Below are positions 27,301 through 39,417 of a stretch of DNA of 64,000 nucleotides, one piece after another. Made by a program: the position numbers and the translations under genes. The stretch comes from Saccostrea echinata (lineage: Eukaryota), in assembly GCF_033153115.1 (NCBI RefSeq), contig NW_026889805.1:6386001-6450000 (forward strand), written 5' to 3'. The notes beneath the pieces were generated by a model. That model was not told the origin of the DNA and made no database searches. It was given only the letters and a program-made list of their open reading frames with translations. Each line of letters begins with the position of its first letter. Positions within the stretch are counted from its first letter, which is position 1.

Positions 27301-30300
27301 TTCCAGTGCATGATTTATAAAATTGACCAAAGAGCCATTTAGTTCTTCTTACGTCTGAGTTTACATAAATATCGTACCTTATATCGATACTGAATATCAC
27401 TTTGTAATGTGCGATAGAGTCAATGCTATCAATTTAATAACGGGACATCAAAAGGTTGTTTCGTTATATTATGAAAAACTTTTAAACGATTCAGTATTAT
27501 CGATACAGATCTGTTTAATTTTGAAGATTTATAATTAACAACTGTCACAAAATCTTTTTGATGAATTTATTAGCAGGATAGTTCCTAAACATGTATCATA
27601 ACCCTTGGTGAGAAAATTTCGTTAGTAATGTTTCTTAATTTCACGTTAAATACTAGTACCACATAGAATAAATAGATACACTTTCTTCTAAGCTTACAAT
27701 GCAATGCAACCAGGGTTAACAGCCCGTATTTGACGCATAGGTCATTGTTGTTTATTCTTATATAGGAATAATATTGTGTCATCGGAACACGCAATACTCG
27801 TAGAATTTGGTAGAATTTTAGTACGGCTTTATACAGGAAATCTAATCCTGCGTAGTGAAATAATTAGTTCTATCCACAAGGGAATATCAGCATCTGATAA
27901 CAAAACATATTGAAATGGGAAATATTAATCATTCATACAGACATATGTCTAGTGGGTTGATGAATGATATGTATTCTATTCTTTGGTGACGAATATGAAA
28001 CATATCATTTATCATGTAGTCGGCTCAGAAATATTAAATTTTGTGATATAAAAAACTTTTTTTCGGATGGAACACGAAAACAGTACATAAAATAGATCTG
28101 AGATGACAGTTATTATGTTTTAATCATTGGGATATTCCGGACTTTACAGCTACCTACAGCCTAAAAGGCATTTACATGCTAGTCAACATTTCCGTTTTCT
28201 ACTGGAGAAAAATCAAGTTTTAGTATTCAGGTTTAACCTTAAGAAATTTAGGGTTTTTAAAATCTTGAAATATTATGGAATTTGTAGGATATTTTCCCTC
28301 ACAAAAATATTGAGCTTGATATTGGTGTTTTGTGTGTGACCTTATTGTTAGCTCTTGAATTTTTTCCCAGTAGAAAACGGAAATGTTGACTATCATGTAA
28401 ATGACCTTTAGGCTGTAGGTAGCAGAATTACATGTGTCATTCTGCATCGTAATGATATCGTATATACAGCTTATTATTATCTGAAAGCTTAAGAACAAGA
28501 AGTTTGCTAAGGGGTTTTCAGAGAAAAGAAGGACAAATAAACATGTAAAACGATACATTTCTGCAAATTTGTTGGACATAGAACTTCATATTTTATTAAT
28601 ATTAACATCTCAAATATCCGAAAAGGGGGTTTCATACTTCTGAGACACCCCTATTCAAATTTAAAGAATGATGATTACAATAAACAAAGCAAAAGAGTTA
28701 AAAGAGTACTCATTCCTTGGTATATTAATGAATTTTACAACACAGAAATTTTTTTCTGTAGTACACAATTCATTCTATATGTATGACACGCCAAATTCAC
28801 AAAATGAGCAAAAAATAGTTTCACAGTTAATACACTAGGTTTACCGACTGTAAAATATTGTTTATAGATCGTAAACTATAGTTAACGACGTTAATCTATA
28901 TTCCACATATCGTCGTTCGTGTTTCTCTGCTCCAAATTTTGTAATGTTTAATGGATTTTTGAGCTTGAATACTGTTCGTTATCCCATATATTTCATTCAT
29001 AAACTTTAGTTCATAACCTCTAAATATAGTTTAACAGATGAAAACTATAGTTGACGAATCTTTTACTATAGTTTAGTGTTCGTAAACTATAGTTACAATC
29101 AATAAACCTAGTTTATCAACCGTTAAACTAGTTTTTTTTTTCATTTTTGGTGAATTTGGCGTGTCATATCTATGTGAACTTTTCAAAGACAGGAATAAAA
29201 TCAAAAATTGTTGCATGACAAGTACAAAAGATATCCCCAACACTGCTTCCTCAGTATGTTTCTAATAGACGATAATAAGCTCTAGTTATTTAAAGGGAGG
29301 CTTCAATTATTCACTCATTAAAATCTGACGATTTAAGTGTTCTTGTAAGATCTAAGGTAGACTGTGAGGGCACGTAACGTAAAATGAAAATCAATAACAT
29401 TTTTTAATGATAAGCTAGAGGGTAACAAGGAAACAGTGAAACTGTAGCGCCATTAACAATCTTGTGGTTCAAACACAATACTAATTATGGCTTTCTCTTT
29501 GCATGATTATTCCATTGTTTTCAATTCGTCTTATATTCTCTTCTGGTCAGCGAAGAGCAAAAACTTTAACCAATAGAGATCATATTGTAAAAAAAAAAAA
29601 ATAAGAATCCTAAAACAAGATGTGAAATCATTGCTGAAGTGGAAAATGGATATTTAAGTTGTACACATTATCATCATATGTTAAGAAAACCAAGTTTCTT
29701 TTTTTATCCCTAGTTTTGCAAAATAGGGTATAATGATTCTGTTCCTCATTTTTTTGATCATGCATTTAAATTGTTCGATTTCATTGTTAGTTAACTAAAT
29801 TATTTACAATTAAAATCAGAATCACAGCTTCATAACAATATCTACTGAGACTTATAGAATACTTCTACAAGCGTTTCCCTGTTCGAAGTTCTTAATTTTG
29901 CCATAATCCAATGTTTCCCCCAATATTTATACATGTATATGTATGTGAGAATACAGACTTTAGTGGTCCACAAAACTGTTGCCTTTTGGAAAGTGACCTA
30001 TTTACATAAAAAATTGTAAAGTTTAATAGCATTATAATTTAATGAAGAGAACTTTAAGTTGATTAGGATTTCAAAGTTGATTCTAAAATAGGTTGTAACT
30101 ACACACTTCAACCTCTCTATTCTAAACACTAAAATTTAATGATGACAAGCATTATAAAACATTTTAAGTAAAAGAACAATCTTCAAAAATTTGCTGGATA
30201 TTAAACTAGGCCTAGTGTTTCAAAAGTAATATTACAACTATTATCAGTCGATGTCTGTCACCTTTCACCAGTATTTGTCTAATATTTTCCAAATCTAAAA

Positions 30301-33300
30301 CTGTACATTGCAAGAGTAATATCTCATTGCAATTTGCAAAACAAGGGTGTTTTTAAAATGCTCCAAATACGTAAATTGTAAAATTTCAAGCTTTGTTGTG
30401 GCTGAAGGATAGCAAGTAATGCCAGCGCTTCTACTAAAATTGAAAATTTAAACTTTGTTCTGTAAGCAATTAATTCTTCTTCTAGACCTGACACTTAGAA
30501 ACAAGGAAGTTAGCTGAAGACGGGATTTGAGTGCTTTTATTACTCATCTAGATAACGGTTTGGAATAATTTACATTAGTGTCCATAATATTAAGAATGTT
30601 CCATTTACCTAACTTATTGCTATTATTGTGCATTCTGATTACCATTTGTTTCAAAAATACGTTTATCATCCCTATCAGTGATATAATTAAGCGAAGACAA
30701 AAATTGCCATCGATTTTTCTATTTTCTATAAAATACAACTGCGTAAAACTGTTGTATAAAATCTATAAAAGTAAAGTTAGATGTCAAATGATTTTTTGTG
30801 TAATTACTCGGATACAGACACCCATGTGTTTTTTCCTCAACAGGCATTATTAAAAATGTTATATCCTAGAGGGAACATGACCAACTTCAATGAGAAATAT
30901 GCGATAGATGATCCTTTTATGTAAAACACATCTTATCATTGATGAAATTACATTTGTTATCTTGAAAAAAAGGACATTAACTGAAGCGAGCTTTGTGCTT
31001 TACAAGCCAACAAACCAAGATAATATTTTCTTGATATTTTTGTTACATATTTATTCAAATGATTAATACTGTGGTAATTTAACCACGATTAAAGACTTAC
31101 ATACAGCGAAATAGATATCTCTGTCCCACTTTTAGAGTCATCCTTATCAGCTAATCAATAAAATGGTAATTCTTTGAAAATATTTTGAAACACTACCACA
31201 TGAATGACAAAGTCCAATGTTTCTATTCTATTCATTTTCTTCCGTGCACAGCATATCAATATAAAAATATCATAAATTAATTTAGTTTAAAATATGATAT
31301 AAATGTAAACTTTGAATTATTTTATTAGTAGTAAAAATGTTACAATGAACTAAAACGAGAAAATAATCATTGCATTTTCAAATATATTGAATTGTTTACA
31401 TTTTACAGGAACTAAATGTCACGTCTTTGAAACCAAGCCCGACAACAAAATGGTTTTACCGACGTAACATAGATGTTTATGTATCTAAATATACAATCCC
31501 TCCTGAACAAATTTGTCGAAAACGATTGAGGAAGCACTGACTTTTAAAAAAGTATAAATAAAACAGATTATTAATCAATCTTCTAAAAAGTCAAAAAGAC
31601 TTGTCTTATTCTTGTTGGTAAGGGTCCATTCATATATCAAGAAAATCTTCGGTAACACAGATCTTATGTAAAATAATTCTCAGAGGACACTTTAATCATT
31701 CCTGGTGTTTCCGTATTTCCACTGCAAACCCAGAATGCTTGTACTTAATTGAATTTAAGTCTAAGAGAAAGAAAGTTTATAAAAACAAGTGTATTTATGA
31801 TGTAAAAGCGGATTTTAAATACAATCACTTTCATTGGCAATCATTCAATAAGTCTTTCCTGTCTATTGATGAAACTGTACATGCTTTAAAAAATTGAAAG
31901 AATATCACAATTTTATTCAAAAAATGATTATGTAACATTATGTATACGGAGTTCTGCTACCATTTTTCTGTTCTTGCGTTTTTTTTGGTGTGTGTTTTGT
32001 TTTGCTTTTTAATTAAAAAAAAAGTCTTTTAAGCCCCCCCCCCCCCCCCAAATGGTCTCATTTACAAAAATTAAAATTCTAAAGGTGGTATGCCACTTTT
32101 ATTTAATGGATGTTTAAAGTATCTCTTTAGAATTATGATTCTATCACTGAAAGACTAATATAAGCTCTTCATTATTTTCTATGAATTTTTTTTTTTTTTT
32201 TTTTTTTTTTTTCATTTTTCAGGTAAAATGGAAAAATTGTTTTGGTTGCAAATTAGACAGTTGAGAGCTTCAAATTTGCTGTTAATGAATGTATAATATA
32301 GAAATCTAATAAATCATGTCAAAAGTCAAGTAGACATTTAGAATTTTTAAATAAAACAACTATTTACGTATATGAAAATCATAATTTTTGATAGTTTTTT
32401 AATCTATGGATGAAATCTTCAATAAAATTTATGGAGATAACGAACAGTATTTAAGCTCAAAAGTCCATTAAACATTACGAAATAGGTGCAGAGCAAACAC
32501 GGACTTCCAAAACATCAGAGGTGGGATCAGGTGCCATGGAGGAGTGAGCATCCCCTGCAGAAACCTTTCTAGACAGTATGTTTAAAAATATTTTCGTTGA
32601 CCTTATATGGTTATAATACCAGCAGAATAAGGACAACAGAAGTAAAGTGAGGCTACATAGAGTGTAGAGTTCTCATCATTTAGTTGTTTTTTTTTTTGTA
32701 ACATTAGATTAAAAATGGGTTTAATGTAGAACATAAAATTGGCAGCGCAAATTCAGACTGGAACATTTTAACAAGTTTATTGTCCAAATTCTAATTGCTA
32801 TTTTTATTTAATAACACTATCTTTTAATTCATTATTCAGAGTGTTCCTTTACTTGTTATATTTTGCTGAGAACGAAAATCTCATAGTGCAAATTTTTAAG
32901 CATGTTAGGGGGTGATTTCTTGCGAAATACTTAGAGGCCTCTAGCATGAAGAGAAGGTCTTTGTTCTACTTATTTGACCTGAAAATAGCACCACAATCAT
33001 AGGTCTACAATATTTTAGGTTGTTTTCATTGCCATCAGTGGAATTACTTTGCCATCTAGTAAATGTCACTCTTAAGGTCAAGATCTAGTAAATGAGTATA
33101 TATAAACAACAACCTTATGGTCCCAGAGCTTTTATGACGTCATACTATAGTAATCAATTCGATCTTACTTTTTACCGTACTTTACACTTTTTTTTTTTTA
33201 AAGAAAATAAAGCATTTTCATGGAATTCAATTTGGAATTACGTGAAAAGATAGTTGGATACCCATATTTAATCTAATATTATTTAAAGAAGTCCAGAACA

Positions 33301-36300
33301 TACATATTACCGAGACTATATAGTCTGGATACATTTTATTTGCATAAAATAGCTTTCTTCATTTTTCATTGAAAATGACGGTTTAAAACATATTATTTTC
33401 TGTTTTCCAAAATAAAAACTATGCCCCAATACAACTTATTTAACTTAAATATGGTAATTAAACTTTATTAAAAGAATTCATATTTCAAGTTTGTGAAACC
33501 TGTCGGCACCTTTCATTTACTAGATCTTGACCTAAACCATAATGCACATAGAACGCCAACAATTATTTTCCAAAAGATGATTTGATTTCTGCTTAAAAAG
33601 CAAGAGTAGTTTGAAGAAGATAGTGTGACAGATGGACGGAGCAGGATGAAATCAATGTACCCGAACTTTCTTAAGAAAGTCCGGGTATTACTATTTTTTA
33701 GACACAAGCACATGCTGGGGTAAAGAAATATATGGTGTCCTTGAAAAAATGCAGATTGGGTGTGGCATAAGCACATTCTATTTTTTTCATAGACCCCATA
33801 TACTTCTGTATTGCCCCTCTCAGTGTCTACATAACGAATTTATCCTGTCAATGATACTAGTATTACGAAGTTGTCTCTGAGCAAAGCAAACCGTTTCGTA
33901 GGCATTCCTTATATCGTGTCGGCGTCTGATGCTCAGTTGATGTCGTGCGAGGTCAATTGTAAACGATACATGTATATGGAATTGATATCTGGTCAGTAGG
34001 TCACGAGAAAAGGGGGATATTAATTTGATATCTGGTCAGTAGATCACGTGGAGGGGGCATATTAACAATATTAAGTCAGTAAGCAGCAGGATGAAATATG
34101 GAGATAACGAACAGTATTCAAGCCCTAAGTCCATTAAAACAATACAAATCGTGAGCAGAGCAAACACGGACCTCCAAAAACATCAGAGGTGTGATCAGGT
34201 GCCATGAAGGAGTGAGTATCCTATGCCGACCAGTCACACCTGCCGTGTGCTCCTTGTCATGATCGAGAAATAACGGAAAAATCCGTCGACAATTCAGTGT
34301 GTAAATAATGGCCTAACAATTGGTATGAAAAACGTCAGCTAGCATATGCTTAAAAATAGATTGCATTTGCTGACAAGGTCATTGTATCGACCATAGAACT
34401 TACGAAATGATGACTTTAAACGAAACTGTTGATATTCATGTTTCATCAACTTATTTGTCAATAACTTACCTCGTTTTAGAAATTGTTCATACGTAGACCA
34501 TGTTCAACTGAGAGATATAGCATATACATCCCATATGAAGGTGATAAGGGTATATTGCTGTATTAGTAAAGGAAGCTGACGATTGAAAAGTTAAAGGCAT
34601 CACGTTTATCATAAAGCTTTGTTATTATATTACCATTAAAGTCTTTTTGTAGCAAAATATTCAAATATGAAACAAATAGGTCAGACTCTGTGGTATCTTT
34701 TATTTCAAGTTCACTGGGATATATCGTGTAGACATATGAATGGAAATGACTATTGCTAATTGATAATACGTCGTCGATATATCTAAATGTCGAAATGAAG
34801 GCCGCAGCAAGAGACTTCTTTTTCTCATGTACATGTATAAGATTTTGAATAAATTCTGCTTCATCTAAATACAAAAAAATGTCTGCTAACAACGGAGCAC
34901 AATTGGTACCCATGGGAATTCCAATAGATTGTTGGAAGACCTGGTCTCCAAAAAATCACATAGATATTGTCAATCAGAAACTCACGCATCTTTTTAATAT
35001 CAATTTCAAAGTACTTGTGTGTACAATCAGAATGTTTTAACAAAATAATTTTGCAAATGACCAATGATAAGGTAAGTATTTACGAGTTCCATTTTAAATC
35101 ATCGTGGGAAATGGTTGTATACAGAGTTGAAAAGTCTTAGGTTTTTATGTTAATGATTTTGGTAAAATTTTGTGATTTCGAATTTTCCAAAGCATCCACA
35201 TCTGATTTACACCACTTCTTGAATATATTGTTGCACAATACTCCTGAAGTTTCTCCTTCATTACTGTTAATATTAATTGAGGAGTAAAGCAAGAGGCTTG
35301 GTAGAACATTTACTGGAACCCCCTATGTATCTTTGTTTGTAAGGATTTTAATGAAGTTTCGGAATCCAATATAAATATGGTAATTCAAATTCATTTTGGT
35401 TTTTGGGAATATTAAAAATATTCAAAACTGACATATGATTTTGATGAATTTCCTTTTAAGAAAAGGAGCTATGGGTATAAGAGGGATTATGGTTTAATAC
35501 AATATTCTTCGCGACCAAAGAAATTTGAAGATGTTTATCAGAAGCAGGATAAATATGCCATGTTCGTAGTACGTCAGCTGGTAAAGTCTCGATAGCTATC
35601 ACAGCAATTCATTTGGTCGGAACCAAGCAATGGTAGCTATCACAGTCTATCACTGGTAAGGACCCAAAAAATATCACCTCCAGTAATTATTGGTAGGGCC
35701 CCAATACCTGTCGTATATACATGTATTACTGGAAGGGTCCAATAGATGATTGAAAGGCCCCAAAAAGCTTTCCCTGGATATTAGGACTTAAAAATATTGT
35801 ACACGCCTTCATTAACAGAACCTTTAATAGGTATTGTAAAATATTATTGGTACTAATACAGTAGCTACAAAAGTACTTAATTGACAAGATCACAATAGCC
35901 ATCACTGTATTTCATTGTTTGAGCTTCAATAGTTATCACAGGATACCCCTAGCATGTAGCAATTATAACACATAATTGTTAGGGTGTGAGTGGCTCATTG
36001 TTCCACAACAAATAATTAGAGAAATCCAAGAGCGATCACAGCACATAAATAACAGGGTTTCAAATGCCACCACAGAATACGATAGTTATAATCCCAGTGG
36101 ATACCACATGCATTATCAAAAAAAAAAGGAATATCCCAGCACGTGATTGGAAGTAGCGACAAATGAAAAAAATGCATTATAAGTGCGTCTCTATATTGAT
36201 CCAACGTTTAAAGCAACAAAAGTGTAGTACTTGTAATACTCTTTGAAAAGAACATGTCAAATTTCACATATACAGATATCATTAAATGTAAGTAAAAACT

Positions 36301-39029
36301 TATTTGATTTATGAATCATATGTAGACATGATATTCATTTTATGGAAAATTATATTTTTGGAGCATTTCCGGGTCATACCTTTTTGTCGTTCATGAGAGA
36401 CAACTTTCTCTTTTCACTTAATTTTTTGTCATTTTTCACTTCATCCCACCACTGGAATTTCTGTGTTTTATGCCCTGTTGACAGATATGCATTGTTTGTA
36501 GATTTTTTTATTTTAGATCGATCAATGTTCGTTATCTTCATCTTTTTTCATTTTATTCATGTTTATAAATTGTGTGATATTTTAAATATACTGTCATGCT
36601 TAAATATGACACACCCTATCGAGAATACATCTTCGTAGAATTCAGAAAACAAATAAAACAGTCATATATGTAGACATGTACTTTATCAATCTGAATTCAG
36701 ATTAAAAAAAACCACATGTACTTACTTTATATAAATGTATGTATCGATTTCGTTTATCGTGTTATTCAAGTTTTCACCGCTTAGATGATCCATTAAATGC
36801 AATACAATGAAAATATTCGAAATCTAATTGTATAAACACAACTGTTGCACAAAAATTATTTTTATCTACTCAGCTGTTGTAGAGTCCAATACAGATTCAT
36901 AAATGCCTCATTAAATTTATTTTGCACGCATACATTAACATTTTCTTTTCAATCTGATTAAATTTCTTTTATTTTCATGAATTTGCAGAGACCCATTCTA
37001 TTGCTTTGATGATGGTTTCATAAATTGTTCGTTGTTAATACCTGAACATAGGAAATACTTCTATTAAAGATTATCAGTAGTCCTTTCTTTAGTTTGAGTA
37101 AGCTCCTAACACGAACCAGAATGCTGACCAGCATAGTTCTAACAACCATGGCTAAGTACTACCAACGTCAATACCGTTTTCTAATTGCTAAATATATGTA
37201 AGGGCCTATATATTTATTTATAATCATGGTAAATATCTATACTATTTTGTGGATGTGGACAATTATTCATACATTTAGACCAACTTAGAACTGCTTGCAC
37301 TGACGAGTTGGATGGAAAATAATCTAATCATGATAAGAACCTATACATGAAATTAAGATGCATTGTATAGATTACATATAAGTGAACAGTCTGACTTGAA
37401 GATATGTAGAATTGCGTTTGCCTGAATGCAACATCTCCGCTCATGGTAATGTGCTTATGTTTTCCTTTGAAAAATTTTGGTAACTAATTCTGGACTGAGG
37501 AGAACCCAAATTCTTTTCAATTTGGATTCCATATTACACACTGCCTTGACTTTCTTTTATATTTAATATAAGGCATTGATCCTGTCTCAGTATTGCACTG
37601 TGTGTTCCATACAATATTCCATGAATTGAAAAGGATAAGGGGTCTCCTCAGTCCTGGCCCCAAGACAATAAACTAAGAATAAACTTAAGTCAAAATTTTG
37701 ATTTTTTAATATCATGAGTTTTCTTTAATGTATTTGCTTAAAAATTTGCAATTTTATATAACATTTAAATTCAAACATATGATGAAAATTTTGTTTCAAT
37801 ATCAAAATTATTTCAAATGTTATATTGTTAGAAATTTTGACTTAAGTCTGTTCTCAGTTTATGGTCTTGGGGCCAGAATTGGTTACCATTACTGTGTAGA
37901 TCAAAAATGTGTATCGTTCTATAGGAAATGTTTCAGTATCTACTAAAAAATACATGAAATACCATCACTATCTATTCAGTATTAATATGGAATATCAATT
38001 TAAATAAATTTACCATCAAATTTCGAATGAAGCACATTTCCATTGCTTCTTAATGTGTAATGACTTTCTTCATCATTCCCCAAGATTAATCATAACACTG
38101 TTATTAAAAGACAAAACACATGCCTTTACCGAGATATTTTGCTCAATTATTATTGATATTTTAATCCGGAAATCATTACTCTGCAGTTGCTGATTTTCAG
38201 TACCATTGACTTTTGTGCCATGTTCTAATTATATTATAAATCACCTCAAGTTCTTAGCAAACATCTGCTAAAAGGCTGCTAATTCATGATGTCCGAAATC
38301 CTGTTTAAATCGGCAGATTTATTGAGAATAATCTATCGGAAATCAACCTGTAAGGCCCGCTTTACATACGTCAGGATTGATTCTTCATATCGATGCAAGG
38401 CAGAAAACAATCCATCTCTAGTCCAAAACAATGTGACCATCTGGCTAGATCTGACGCGCCATTACTAAATTTGTAATATATAAATGGTAAAACCCCTGTC
38501 CATGCAGTGCTATTATTAAAAGAGAACTGGACGCATCGTAAATACATCAAAGTTAATAGTTCAATCTTTCTCATGCAAAATGCAGCAAAGTGGCCGTTAA
38601 TGTACAATAATGTGTATCGACAAGTTTAATTGCCAAGAGCCTTTCTTCACACAGGGAAATTTATCTATCTCTTTACGGTAATCCATTTATTTTATTGCAA
38701 AACTCCTTTGGGAAATCGAAGCAAGAGTCGATAAATACTAGTACTATCACCAACTGAGTTATAAAGGTGACAAAAGTCTAAATATTTTAGAAAATTCTAC
38801 ACCATGCACTTAAAACAGATGTGGGAGGCAATAATAAATCACATTAAATAAAATAATTGAAACGACGTTACTTTACCCATTTCAATTATTTGATAGAGGT
38901 AAAATTACTGTTTTAGAATAAGTTGAAAATTAATCTTAAAAATTGGTACTTACGTGTTCCGTCAAATCTGGTAGCAATGGTGTCCAAAAATGTGTTCTGC
39001 TGTACCATAAAACCTTTTCTATTCGTCAT
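287..39029 (-). CDS. Elk: Elk/Kv12-family (KCNH3/4/8-like) voltage-gated potassium channel; 9 coding exons in window, 3' part (CNBHD) continues past position 1
   Basis: Spliced translation gives [64 protein letters not shown] (Elk-specific), [34 protein letters not shown] and [13 protein letters not shown]. All introns are GT-AG and phases are consistent (1,1,1,0,1,0,1,1,0). Confidence 0.97.
662..850 (-). CDS. Elk: Elk coding exon 8 (turret, pore helix, GFG filter, S6 start)
   Basis: 189 nt; encodes GWLYELG...[35 protein letters not shown]; acacag acceptor, gtaagg donor. Confidence 0.96.
1808..1977 (-). mobile_element. Short HINE-like remnant
   Basis: aacaag start, (CACT/CACC)n tract and terminal cttcgttccgagggataat. 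Confidence 0.45.
3217..3424 (-). CDS. Elk: Elk coding exon 7 (S4-S5)
   Basis: 208 nt; encodes [30 protein letters not shown]...[12 protein letters not shown]; ttttctcag acceptor, gtaata donor. Confidence 0.95.
3541..4001 (+). mobile_element. Complete HINE-like (Helentron-associated) non-autonomous element
   Basis: 5' agtcccctacc with nearby ggggact inverted repeat, (GTCY)n microsatellite, two 146-bp tandem units (3645, 3791), 3' ggtaggggact, palindrome gtattgc-taat-gcaatac, end cttgtt. Confidence 0.8.
4034..4203 (-). CDS. Elk: Elk coding exon 6 (S2-S3)
   Basis: 170 nt; encodes [45 protein letters not shown]; ttttgtag acceptor, gtgagt donor. Confidence 0.95.
4381..4618 (-). CDS. Elk: Elk coding exon 5 (S1-S2)
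   Basis: 238 nt; encodes MPEYKV...[30 protein letters not shown]...[11 protein letters not shown]; ttttag acceptor, gtaggc donor. Confidence 0.95.
5771..6560 (+). mobile_element. Naiad-like PLE fragment (RT C-terminus plus 3' tail, subfamily B)
   Basis: [36 protein letters not shown]; shared tail with taggcacctgatcccacctc. Confidence 0.8.
6255..6350. repeat. Three perfect 32-bp tandem copies inside a Naiad-like element
   Basis: tcgcaccaacagctaggcctttgtttttatac at 6255, 6287 and 6319. Confidence 0.95.
6678..7548. mobile_element. Hairpin-ended non-autonomous element (Crypton-like), decayed
   Basis: Imperfect ~130-nt palindromes at 6678-6807 and 7413-7545, the latter containing GCCTTCGGC; internal ccatatca repeats. 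Confidence 0.55.
7637..7809 (-). CDS. Elk: Elk coding exon 4 (N-terminal linker with [13 protein letters not shown] motif)
   Basis: 173 nt; acceptor ttttactttag, donor AAG|gtaaac; open and in phase with exons 3 and 5. Confidence 0.92.
7905..8960 (+). mobile_element. Naiad-like PLE fragment
   Basis: [29 protein letters not shown] and the shared 3' tail. Confidence 0.8.
11385..11572 (+). mobile_element. 5'-truncated SINE, same family as 49440-49674
   Basis: gagacagtaaaaaccgaggtccc...gatccctcactgctcaatgg...atgagtaaaaaattctc and (AAAC)n tail. Confidence 0.65.
11648..12083 (+). mobile_element. Naiad-like PLE 3' fragment (subfamily A)
   Basis: [13 protein letters not shown] remnant plus complete 3' tail ending ttcgttatctccatatatttcat. 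Confidence 0.8.
12392..12526 (-). CDS. Elk: Elk coding exon 3 (PAC)
   Basis: 135 nt; acceptor gattttcag, donor G|gtaatt; encodes [31 protein letters not shown]...GTE. Confidence 0.93.
12529..12870. repeat. ~19-22-bp minisatellite (aaatcagatataaacatgtta) abutting the exon 3 acceptor
   Basis: Tandem units directly visible. Confidence 0.85.
13314..13447. other. Assembly gap
   Basis: Run of N. Confidence 1.
13500..14533 (+). mobile_element. Naiad-like PLE fragment with internal deletion (subfamily B), nested in a HINE-like element
   Basis: [50 protein letters not shown] and the 3' tail. Confidence 0.8.
14535..15550. repeat. Degenerate satellite-like array of the same HINE family; element terminus at ~13448
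   Basis: Recurring catga-tttcacaatt-tggta motif; ccttgacggttacctgagta just right of the gap matches the terminus at 54146. Confidence 0.55.
16609..16835. other. Assembly gap
   Basis: Run of N. Confidence 1.
17353..17583 (-). CDS. Elk: Elk coding exon 2 (PAS domain)
   Basis: 231 nt; acceptor tttgtttttcag, donor G|gtactt; encodes [47 protein letters not shown]...EILLYRKD. Confidence 0.95.
21658..22250 (-). mobile_element. Naiad-like PLE 3' fragment (subfamily A)
   Basis: Reverse complement of the shared RT-thumb and tail; begins atgaaatatggagataacgaac. Confidence 0.8.
24120..25291 (+). mobile_element. Naiad-like PLE fragment
   Basis: [55 protein letters not shown]; tail partly deleted. Confidence 0.8.
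26530..27262 (-). mobile_element. Decayed HINE-like element, reverse orientation
   Basis: 169-bp direct repeat (26532/26701), aaggtcaaaggtca units, (GACR)n at 27176-27199 and a terminal short inverted repeat. Confidence 0.55.
28782..29168. mobile_element. MITE with internal 21-bp repeats, interrupted by a Naiad-like 3' tail (28916-28997)
   Basis: TIR tatgacacgccaaattcac / gtgaatttggcgtgtcata; repeated aaactatagtt core. Confidence 0.8.
32430..32558 (-). mobile_element. Naiad-like PLE, 3' tail only
   Basis: atggagataacgaacagtatt...gaggtgggatcaggtgccatggaggagtgagcatcccctgc. Confidence 0.75.
34091..35500 (-). mobile_element. Penelope-like retroelement with C-terminal RT (Naiad-like); longest copy, 5'-truncated and frameshifted
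   Basis: Encodes [57 protein letters not shown] (YIDD 34770-34781) and [15 protein letters not shown]. The ORF ends after the thumb with no downstream GIY-YIG, followed by the shared 3' tail ending GTTATCTCCATATTTCAT. Confidence 0.8.
36440..36553 (+). mobile_element. Naiad-like PLE, degenerate 3' tail
   Basis: atcccaccactgg...gtgttttatgccct...gttcgttatcttc matches the tail at 6450-6560. Confidence 0.6.
37493..37653. mobile_element. MITE with CTG target-site duplication (Harbinger-like)
   Basis: TIR gactgaggaga(a)ccc / gggtctcctcagtc; CTG at 37490-37492 and 37654-37656. Confidence 0.7.
37654..37876. mobile_element. MITE with ~45-bp TIRs
   Basis: ctggccccaagacaataaactaagaataaacttaagtcaaaattt / aaattttgacttaagtctgttctcagtttatggtcttggggccag. 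Confidence 0.75.
38954..39029 (-). CDS. Elk: Elk coding exon 1 (PAS-cap): [25 protein letters not shown](H)
   Basis: 76 nt; ATG at 39029 with an in-frame TGA 24 nt upstream; donor C|GTAAGT. Not in the ORF track. Confidence 0.95.
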
Positions 39030-39417
39030 GTTATCAAGCACTCTATTAACTCACAAGCACACAGGCAAAGTGAAAGCAAGAATGTGATGTGAAGAAAAAC
39101 AAAAGTCGTTGTAGTCAATCATTATCCCGTGATATTAGGAAAATGCCAGTCTGATTTCCCATCACGTCGCAATAGTAATGTGGAGAAATTTTCAGCACTT
39201 TGTGAAAGAGTTGTGAGGCTAATCGTCTATACAACAGATTCCAGCGTTCAATGATTGACACCTAAAAACGGTAAATCACATTCTCGACGCTTGTTACTCG
39301 GGAACCTGGAGCTATTCGGCAGTCGCTATAAGTTTAATGACAGCATCTGCAGCTCTCTACTATTAATGATTTCTCGCCGCTTGGTGACATTATCTCGATG
39401 GATTTTTGTCTTCTAAA
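39030..39417 (-). other. Probable 5' UTR part of the ATG-containing exon, with five uORFs
   Basis: Strong acceptor (tttttatttatttttag) at 39418-39419 and a second candidate (ccgtttttag) at 39262-39263; non-repetitive sequence. Confidence 0.55.
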
